Shown here: in pieces, positions 1-8,700 of the stretch | Position numbering within the stretch: the first letter of the stretch is position 1 | Layout: each line of letters begins with the position of its first letter | Assembly (NCBI GenBank): GCA_964536515.1 | Contig: CAZHXI010000001.1 | Location: 31,480-95,479, forward strand | Direction of reading: 5' to 3' | Source of the DNA: an uncultured Gammaproteobacteria bacterium | Lineage (GTDB): Bacteria; Patescibacteriota; Patescibacteriia; CAYZDG01 | Length of the DNA: 64,000 bases | Position numbers and translations under genes: made by a program | Notes under the pieces: model-generated | Told to the model about the DNA's origin: nothing | The model's database searches: none | Seen by the model: only the letters and a program-made list of their open reading frames with translations

Positions 1-1
1 G

Positions 2-127
2 GCGCCGGACGCAGAGGTGCAGGCAGCGGCGCTCGCGCTGGAGCCGGTGCAGCGCTCTTTGAAGGACCAGAAGCCGCAGCGCGTGGTGGTGGTGCAGGAC
101 AAAATTGTGAGCATCGTTACCGACTAG
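2..127 (+). CDS. 3' end of an upstream CDS (5'-truncated by window edge), unknown function
   Basis: Open frame from window start to TAG at 125-127 (…EVQAAALALEPVQRSLKDQKPQRVVVVQDKIVSIVTD*); no start codon in window. Confidence 0.3.
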   Translation, partial: APDAEVQAAALALEPVQRSLKDQKPQRVVVVQDKIVSIVTD

Positions 128-131
128 AGCC

Positions 132-1301
132 GTGTTCCACCGCCTCTCATTCATAAATAGCCTGCTGCCGATGCGGCTGAAGTCGGCGGTGCGTGACCTG
201 TACGTGGCCACCACCATCCAGAACTTCGCCCTGGCCATGGTGGCGGTGTTCGAGCCGGTGTACCTGTACCAGGCCGGCTACCGCCTGGGCACCATCTGCC
301 TGTTCTACGCCGGCGTGTACCTGCTGTACATCCTGCTGCTGCCGCTGGGCGTTAAGTTCTCGCTCCGCTTCGGCTACGAGAAGGGCATGGTGGTCGGCTC
401 GCTGCTGTGGGTGGCGCTGTACGTGCTGCTGGCGCTCTCGGTCGCCAACCACTGGTTCCTGCTGGCCGCGGTGGCGGTGTACGCCGTGCAGAAGATGTTC
501 TACTGGCCCGGCTTCCACGCAGACTTTGCCCAGTACAGCGTGGATGAAGAGCAGGGCCGCGAGCTGGGGAGCATCAGCTTTTTGCAGATGTCTGCTGCCA
601 TCGTGGGGCCGGCCGTGGGCGGCATCATTCTGGCGACCGCCGGGTTCACCACCCTGTTCACCGTGGTGGCGATGCTGCTGCTGGTTTCGAATACTCCCTT
701 CCTGCGGCGACCGGAGCGCTTCGAGCCCGAGACCATGCGCTACGGCGAGCTGTGGCGGCAGCTGTGCGCACGGGTGAATCGCCGCTGGACGCTCGCGAGC
801 TTGGGGTACGGCGAGGAGCTGGTGGCGTTGGTGCTGTGGCCCATTGCCATGGCTATAGTGCTGTCGCAGAACAGCGTGGCCCTGGGCGGCCTAATGGCTG
901 GCACCGCCCTGGTTACCGCAATTTCGGCGCCCATCCTCGGCAAGCTGAGCGACCAGGCTTCGCCCCGGCGCATCCTGCGTAATTCCTCGCTGCTCTACTT
1001 CGCCAGCTGGATCTGGCGCCCCCTGGTCGCCAACCCCCTGGGCATCCTCATCTCAGACACCCTTTCTCGGGTAGCGAAGAACGGCATCGGCGTCAGCTAC
1101 AGCCAGCTGCTGTACCGCCGGGCGCGCGACGACGGCCGGGTAATGGTTCGCGTGATGACGTTCGAGCTGGGCCTGGCCGTGGGCAAGGCCCTGGTCGCCC
1201 TGCTGCTGGTTGCCGCGTTCGCGCTGGGCGCGCAGCTGTGGCTCGGGTTCGCCGTTGCCGCGGCGTTCACCCTGCTCTACCTGGCGCTGGCAAAGGAATG
1301 A
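132..1301 (+). CDS. MFS-type transporter (multi-pass membrane protein)
   Basis: 389 aa with ~10-12 hydrophobic helices and Gly/Ala-rich transport-like motifs; stop overlaps rsmA start (ATGA). Confidence 0.55.
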   Translation: MFHRLSFINSLLPMRLKSAVRDLYVATTIQNFALAMVAVFEPVYLYQAGYRLGTICLFYAGVYLLYILLLPLGVKFSLRFGYEKGMVVGSLLWVALYVLLALSVANHWFLLAAVAVYAVQKMFYWPGFHADFAQYSVDEEQGRELGSISFLQMSAAIVGPAVGGIILATAGFTTLFTVVAMLLLVSNTPFLRRPERFEPETMRYGELWRQLCARVNRRWTLASLGYGEELVALVLWPIAMAIVLSQNSVALGGLMAGTALVTAISAPILGKLSDQASPRRILRNSSLLYFASWIWRPLVANPLGILISDTLSRVAKNGIGVSYSQLLYRRARDDGRVMVRVMTFELGLAVGKALVALLLVAAFALGAQLWLGFAVAAAFTLLYLALAKE

Positions 1302-2092
1302 TCATCCCAGACAAGTCCAAGGGGCAGCACTTCCTGGAAGACCAGCAGGTGGTGCGTGACCTGGTGGCTGCCGGCGGGGTAGCGGCGGGGGACCGCGTGG
1401 TAGAAATTGGCCCGGGCCCGGGGGCGGTAACGGCCGCGCTTCTGGCTGCCGGCGCCACGGTGGTAGCTGCGGAGCTAGACCGGCGGTTCGCCCGGGGGCT
1501 AGAGGCGCTATCTAGCCAGCACCCCGGCCGGCTGAAGGTGCTGTGGGGCGATGCGGTGGCGATGGGGCCAGCTGGCATCGCCGCCCAGTTCGCCCAGCCC
1601 GGGCCGTACAAGGTCGTGGCTAGCCTGCCCTACAATATTTCATCCAGCTTCTTCCGTGCCTTCCTGTGGAGCAACCCCTCGCCGGTGAAGATGTCGGTGC
1701 TGGTGCAGGCCGAGGTAGCCGAGCGGGTGTGCGCCGAGGCTGGCAGCGCCAGCCTGCTGACCCTGGCGGTGCAGCTGCGCGGCGAGCCCAGGATCGTTCG
1801 CTACGTGGAGCGTGACAGCTTCCAGCCGCCGCCGCAGGTACGGTCCGCAATTGTGGCAGTCGATGTGGCTCCCGGCGACGTCGTGGCCAGCGAGGAGCTG
1901 TGGCGGGTGGCCCGCATTGGGTTCTCTAGCCGCCGCAAGCAGCTGAAGAACCACCTCGCCGCCGGATTCGGGGCGAGCGTGGCCACGGCCAGCGACTGGC
2001 TGGAGTCCGTGGGCATTTCGGTGCAGGCGAGGGCCCAGGAGCTGTCGGTGGAGCAGTGGCGGGAGCTTGCCGAAAAGTCGTCGGCTAGCTAG
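1298..2092 (+). CDS. rsmA: 16S rRNA (adenine1518/1519-N6)-dimethyltransferase RsmA/KsgA
   Basis: KGQHFL…VVEIGPGPGAVT SAM-binding motif, LPYNISS motif, typical ~265 aa length; start taken at internal ATG 1298 with AAAGGAA SD. ORF track begins earlier at 1238. Confidence 0.85.
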   Translation: MIIPDKSKGQHFLEDQQVVRDLVAAGGVAAGDRVVEIGPGPGAVTAALLAAGATVVAAELDRRFARGLEALSSQHPGRLKVLWGDAVAMGPAGIAAQFAQPGPYKVVASLPYNISSSFFRAFLWSNPSPVKMSVLVQAEVAERVCAEAGSASLLTLAVQLRGEPRIVRYVERDSFQPPPQVRSAIVAVDVAPGDVVASEELWRVARIGFSSRRKQLKNHLAAGFGASVATASDWLESVGISVQARAQELSVEQWRELAEKSSAS

Positions 2093-2094
2093 CC

Positions 2095-2130
2095 ATACTC
2101 GCCATTGCGAGTATTCGGTATTTGTTTTGT
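2095..2130 (+). terminator. Rho-independent terminator after rsmA
   Basis: ATACTCGC-CATT-GCGAGTAT hairpin followed by T-rich tract (tcggtatttgttttgt). Confidence 0.6.
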
Positions 2131-2169
2131 AGTAAGTAGCTGTTTCGTTTCAGAATTAATTGTTGGAGT

Positions 2170-2200
2170 GGACAGTTCGTGGTATAATTTTTACCACTGT
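2170..2200 (+). promoter_or_regulatory. Extended -10 promoter (GACAGTTCGTGGTATAATTTTT), near-leaderless start of the TSP3/giant-protein operon
   Basis: TGgTATAAT at 2180-2189, ATG at 2201 only 11 nt downstream; near-identical motif at 17880-17905. Confidence 0.6.
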
Positions 2201-2755
2201 ATGCCCGGCTCGGCTCCGAATGCGTTCGTGCGGCGCTTTACCCAACCCGGGGTAGTGCTAGTCGCCGTCGCCCTCACCGGGGCCATGGGCCTGGTGGGTG
2301 GCTTTCGGCAGATCCGTTCGCAGATTCTAGATCCGTTCGCAATTCAATCTCCGACATCGAATGGGGCGGCTCCTGCAGCTGCGGTAGACACCGACGGCGA
2401 TGGCCTGAATGACGAGCTGGAGCTGCAGGCTTACGGCACCAGCCCCTACGTCGCAGACACCGACTCCGACGGCGTCTCTGATGGCAACGAGGTTGCGGCC
2501 GGCACCAGCCCAACCTGCGCCGCGGGCACTAGCTGCGACCCCCTGACGGTAACCGGGGGGTCATCCGCTGCGGCTACGACAACCCCCCAGGCGGGTTCAC
2601 CCACGGCAACGGCTCCGGCAGACGCAACCCCCGAGCAGCTGCGCCAGCTGCTGGTGCAGGCTGGCCTAGATAGCGCGCAGGTGAACAGCTTAACCGACGA
2701 GGAGCTAGCCGCTGCCTGGCAGGCGGCGGTGCAGCAGGCGGGCGGCGCCCAGTAG
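2201..2755 (+). CDS. Secreted/membrane-anchored Ca-binding protein with thrombospondin type-3-like Asp-rich repeats
   Basis: N-terminal hydrophobic segment (VVLVAVALTGAMGLVGG), then DTDGDGLNDELE…DTDSDGVSDGNE repeats and a Thr/Ala-rich tail. Start chosen at ATG 2201 right after the promoter; the track ORF begins at 2105. Confidence 0.55.
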   Translation: MPGSAPNAFVRRFTQPGVVLVAVALTGAMGLVGGFRQIRSQILDPFAIQSPTSNGAAPAAAVDTDGDGLNDELELQAYGTSPYVADTDSDGVSDGNEVAAGTSPTCAAGTSCDPLTVTGGSSAAATTTPQAGSPTATAPADATPEQLRQLLVQAGLDSAQVNSLTDEELAAAWQAAVQQAGGAQ

Positions 2756-2756
2756 T

Positions 2757-5700
2757 ATGGAGCGGCGACGATTGAGCGGCTTGATCCTGGGGACGCTGGT
2801 AGCAGCTGCACTGCTCGGCACAACCCTCATAGCTACGGTCAGCGTAGCCAGGCTGCGAGAGCGGGCGTTCGCCGCCGTTGGTTTCGGTGGAACTGGAGCA
2901 ATTCTGAAGACGATCACGCAGGGTTCCGGAGCCGCAATTGCCACGCCAGGATTCCCCGTCGTTGCAGACCCGGGTGTACGTACGCAGAACTTCTTAAGCT
3001 CGCTGGGCGATGCGATTGGCTCGGCGCTTGAGAGCAGCGGCAAGCTGCTGGTGAAGAATACGCTGTCGCGCTTCTTGGGTGAGCTGGCGCGCGGCACGGC
3101 GGAGTGGATTGCTACCGGCAGCCCGGGCCAGATGCCGCTGTTCGAGACGCAGGGTGGGTACGAGTTCATGGCGGCGACGCGTGACGCGGCTACCGCAGAG
3201 TTCCTAGATAGCCTGGGCAGCGCCTACGGCGTAGACGTGTGTAACCCCGAGCTCGGCGCCAAGCTGGTCATCCACTACAGCAGCCTGCCGTCTAGCCGTC
3301 TGGATACCCCCCGCTGCTCCCTGAAGCAAATTCAGGAGAACTGGGCTGAGCTGCTGCCGAATAACCAGGCCTTCCTGCAGCGGTTCAGCGCCGCACTGGA
3401 GCCAGACCAGAACGACCTGGGCATTGCGCTGACCCTGGAGAAGAAGCTGGTGGTAGAGCGCGAGACCAAGGCGAACGCCGCCATTCTGGAGCGGCTAGAG
3501 TCGCAGGGCCTCAAGCCCCTGAAGGACCTCGCCGGTAATATTGTGACCCCGGCGGCGGCGGTGAACGAGCAGATACGTCAGACCCTAGGCTTGAGCGCGC
3601 AGAAGGAGCTGTCGTTCATCGGCGACCCGGTGGCGGATGCCATTGGCATATTCACCAACACCCTGGGCAACAGGCTTCGAGAGAAGTGGCTGAAGCAGGG
3701 CTTCGTGAACATTGCCGACGTATTCAATCGCACCGGCAGCAGCGGCGGCCTGTTCGGCGGAGCCGGGCGCTACAGCGTGGCCGAGCCCCGGTTCGCTGCG
3801 CTGGCCGGTTTGGAGCTGGGAACCTCGGGATCAATCGACGTCGTCGGCGAGCTGTCTGCGTGCTCGGACCCCGCAGACCCGGGGTTCGGCAACCAGTGCG
3901 TGCTCGACCCCTCCTTCGCGCAGGCGGTGCAGCAGCAGCTGACGGTACGCGAGGCAATGGAGCGCGGCTTGCTACGGGGTGAGTGGGCGTTCGGCTACCT
4001 GCAGGACGGCAGCGAGCCTCGCTACGGCACCGGCTACCCGTACTCGGCAATGGTCGTCATGCGCACCAAGCGCATCGTTCCGGTCGGCTGGGAGCTGGCG
4101 GCGCAGGCAGCCAAGGCATTCGGGCAGGGCGTTACCTTGGACCACGTGCTGCACTGCTACGAAGATCCTGCGGCCGCCGGCGATGGATCGCGTCCGGTGG
4201 ACTGCCAGATTAACGGCATTAACCCGTTCTACCACCTGGTAGACCCCAACTGGCTGCTCAAGGTTCCGGCCACGTACTGCGTGCGGCGCGGCGCCAGCGC
4301 CGAGCTGCTAACCGAGGAGTACATCTGCAACCAGGACACGAACGGCGATAGCTTCGTGGACTGCGTGAACCTAGATTCGAACATCAACGGCATTGCCGCT
4401 CCGGTCGATGGGGATCCGAGCTCCAAGGATGAGTACCTCAGGGTGATCCAACGGGCCGAGTACTGCGCCGACGAGCAGAGCTGCATCGCCGAGAACGCCG
4501 ATGGTACCTGCCGCGCCTACGGCTACTGCTTCGAGGAGAAGCAGACCTTCAGCCTGGGGGACAATGCCTGCCCGTCGCAGTTCGCCTCGTGCGTGGGCGT
4601 AACCACGCCCAGCGGGCAGCAGACCGCCTACATCCAGGACAGCGTGCAGACCTGCCCCACCGGAGCCGCTGGCTGCCAGTGGTACAGCCGTCGCAAGAGC
4701 GGCGCCAACTGGAGCGTCGCCCCCACCGACCGCATCTACCTCAACTCCGAGGCGGCAACCTGCAGCCCCGACGACGCCGGCTGCCGCAAGCTGCTGCGCT
4801 TCGGCCAGGGCACCAACCTGGTACCCAACGGCGGCTTCGAACAGTACGACCGCCACCTGCCCAGCGATCCGAATGGCACAGATAACTTCTTCATCAACGG
4901 CGGCACGGCACGTGGACGGGCCTACACCAACGCGGCCGATGTGTACGAGGGGCAGGCATCGTTCCGCCTGACGCGGTCCGGTAGCATCAGCGTGCTGGCC
5001 GAAACGGGCAGCGAGGTAGCGGGCCGAACCTTTACCGCCTCGGTTGCCAGCAAGAACTGCACCGCCGGTTCGCTGTCGCTGCTGGACGGCGACGGGGGAG
5101 CCATTGGTGCTCCGGTCAACCTGCAGATTAGCGGGCCCGACACAGACAACGGCCAGTGGCACACCGCTACTATTACCGGCACCACGCAGGCGCCGGGCAC
5201 CAGCCTTACGGTGCAGGTTACCGGCCTCAATGCCTCGGTGGATTCCGACTGCCTGCTGGACTCGCTCGCCCTGACCGAGGGTTCGGCGAGGGCTACGCTG
5301 GCCTACGGCGCCGGACGTTCGGTGCACATTAGCAGCCGAGCCACGCAGTGCAGCCAGGACGACGTGGGCTGCCAGGCCTTCGTGCCGACGAGCGGCGACC
5401 CCACCGTGTTCGGCCGTATTACCGCCAACGATTACTGCCCGGCGCAGTGCGTGGGCTACCAGAACTACAGCCCCCTCATCAACACCTTCGAGGAGCGCGA
5501 GGGTGCGTCCGCCCCGGCGCCGTCTAACTTCATTCCCTCTACCGCACGCAGCTGCAGCGCCGTTGACGTGGGCTGCAGCGAGTTCACCAGCCTGGCAGAG
5601 GTGCCGGAAGGCGGCGAGCGGGTAGCCTACTTCAGCCAGGTGCAGCAGTGCGTGCCCGAGGCGACGCCGAGCGTGGGTACCTACTACACCTGGGAGGGCA

Positions 5701-8700
5701 GCGATACCGCCGGCTACCAGCTGCGCGTCTGGCAGCTGCTGCGTACCAATATCTCGGGGCCCCTGGCGCCGTGCACCAACCTCAGCTTAGACCCATCCAT
5801 TCAGCCGCCGGTCTGCTTGGATACGGCAGAAAACCGGGCGACCTGCGACCTGAATGCCGGTAACCCCGACTGCCGCGAGGTATTCGACTCCAATGCCACC
5901 AGCCACGGCGTGCTGTGGAGCCGCGTGGTGCAGGCGACGAACGACTGCCAGCAGTACCGTCGCACCGGCACCGACTTCGTGTACAACGTTTCGCCCCGAC
6001 TGGCGCGGCGCTGCCCGGCTGCGGCCAACGGCTGCCGCCAGTACCGCGGCGCCACCGGCGGCAACACCCGTACCGTTCTTCTGGCGGACTTCGAGACGTC
6101 ATCCGCCGCTGGCTGGGGCGGCACGCGCGTGGCGCTGACAACCGAGGCTCTGCAGGTCGGCGGGCACTCGCTGCTCGCTCTGGGCGCCAGCGGCAGCGTT
6201 ACGTTGCGCCGCACCGAGCCGCTAGCCATGCGTCCGGGCCACCAGTACATGCTCACCGTGTGGGTGAAGGGCTCAGACCGAGACATTCCGGCCGGCAACG
6301 TAACCCTACGCGGGGGCCTGCGCCGCCTGCTGGGCGCCCTGGGTGCAACCCCGGCGTCTGCCCAGCCCGGGCCTGCCGAGAACCTGGTATTCAACGCCGG
6401 GCCTACGCCCATCGGCGGCGAGTGGCAGAGGCTACAGATCGGGCCGGTTACGCCCACCACGCAGGCGAGCACCATGACGTTCGATATCACCGTGGCTATC
6501 GGCGGCCTTCGCAGCGCCTACTTCGACAACATCCAGCTGAAGGAGGTAACCAGCGATACGTTCGTGGTGCAGAACTCGTGGGAGACGCCGCAGGCCTGCG
6601 ATAACCCACCCGGCCTACCCAACGGCACCGACTCTAACCCCCGCACCGAGCCCGGCGCCATGGTGGGCTGCAGCGCCTACCGCGTGGCTGGCCGCCAGGT
6701 AACGCTGAGGTCTTTCAATCGGCTGTGCGCCGAGCGCAACGTGGGCTGCCAGGCGTTCATGGATACGGCGAACTCTGCCTCGCCGTTCGCCCAGCGTTTC
6801 AACTCAACCTGCAGCCTGGGCGCCCCCGTAGCCACGCCCACCGTCTGTAGCTCGGACGGGTACCAGCGCTGCGTGGTGGGAGCCGGCGAGGCGAGCTGCC
6901 GCTACACCCAGACCTCTGACTACGACCCCAGCTCTGCCGCGGAGCCGCTGGTAGCCGACGAAGACCAGGTGCCGGTGCTCGGCGACCGGGTTACCTACCT
7001 GGTAGACGACCCTGCGGCGTACTGCAGCGCCGAGGTAGCCGGCTGCACCCAGCTGGGCTTGCCCCGCATCAACAAGCAGGCGTGGTCTGGCAGCGGCGCA
7101 GCCCCGGCCAACGGCATCGTCAGCTGGCAGGACGTGTACAAGGTGGCGAACCCAGACCAGTTCAGCCGCAGCCTGTGCAGCGTCGGCCAGCTGTGGTGCG
7201 CGGCGCACCGCGTCTCGGGCGGCGGCACGCTTACCTTCCGCGACCCGCAGGGCAGCCTGGCGGGGGAGAGCCGTACCTGCGAGTACCGCACGGGCGTGCA
7301 GATTGGCAGCCAGCTGGTTACGGGCTGGTTCCGTACCGGCACCGACGACGGCTGCCGCGCCACGTCTAACTACAGCCTGCCGCTCAACGGCGGCCCGGGC
7401 TACGACCGCTTCGTGGGCATCTGCCCGGCGCAGTACAGCGGCTGCACCAACTACCGTAACCCGCAGCCCAGCGCCACCGGCGGCGAGCGCGACAACTACT
7501 TCCTGCGCAGCAGCGTAGATAGCAGCTCGTGCAACGGCCTGGTAGATGTGGCCGGCGGCTGCATGCTGTTCCGCGACCCAGCCCAGCCGGCGCTGTACAG
7601 CTCACAGTACAGCTACCCGCCCTACCGGCTGCCGGGCCAGGCGCCGGTAGCAACCTCGACGCTAGATAGCAACGTGGTCCTAAAGGTGCGGCGCGACCGC
7701 AGCTGCAGCCAGTGGTACAGCTGCGGCAGCAGCGTGGCCGTGCCCGGCAGCCCCACGGGGCAGCGGGTGTGCACGTCGCTCACCAGCTGCACGCGGCTGA
7801 ACCCCGCCACCAACCAGTGCGACAACCCCGGCGGCGGATCGTTCCCCGTCGGCAGCGCCGGCTTCCCCAACGAGTTCACCTTCGCCAGCCCGGATGACAG
7901 CACGCGGTGGCGTAACCTCTCCGGCTACACCGTACCCGGCATCCAGTTCACCGGCGGCCCGGGCCTGGTGAGCCGCGGCTTCACCCCCTACAGCAACATG
8001 GAGCAGATTGGGCTCTCCGCTACGGTCTCGAACGGCGGGTTCGACGACGCGGCAGACAGCCTAGCCTCCACCGACGGCGTGGGCTGGCATAGCTGCGACT
8101 CCGGCGCCCCGGCGGTACCGGCAGCGCAGGCTTGCAGCTACGTGGTTTCAGCCAACAGGGTTCGCGAGGGACGCGCGGCGCTGCGCTTCAGCTCTACGGT
8201 CGGCGCCGTAACCACCCTGCGGCACGGCGTCGTGGCCGTGGCTCCGAACTCTACGTACGCCGTCAGCGTGCAGCTGAACACCGTAGACCTGCTCGCCGGC
8301 GACGTGGCGCTCGAGGTGCTGGATGGCGGCGGCACGGTACAGCTGCGTCTGCAGCAGGGCTCGGGCCAGGGCTGGCAGACGCTGCTGGGGCAGTTCACCG
8401 CTACCGGCAGCGTTACCCTACGCCTGGTCGCCTCGGCTGATGCCAGCGGCAGCGCCTACGTAGACGACGTGAAGATCGAGCCGGTGCTGCAGGTGAACGG
8501 CGAGCCGCGCTTCGTGGGCCAGCAGTGCCGCGTCTACCCGCGCGGCGACGCACCGTCGTGCCGTTACACCCAGGCAGACGGCGAGTACCGGGGCATCACG
8601 GGCTACTGCCTGCAGCCCGACCCCCGCGACCCCAGCCGCTGCATCCAGTGGTGGCCGGTGGACGTGGTAGCCGGCCAGTCGTTCGACGTCTTCGGCGAGA

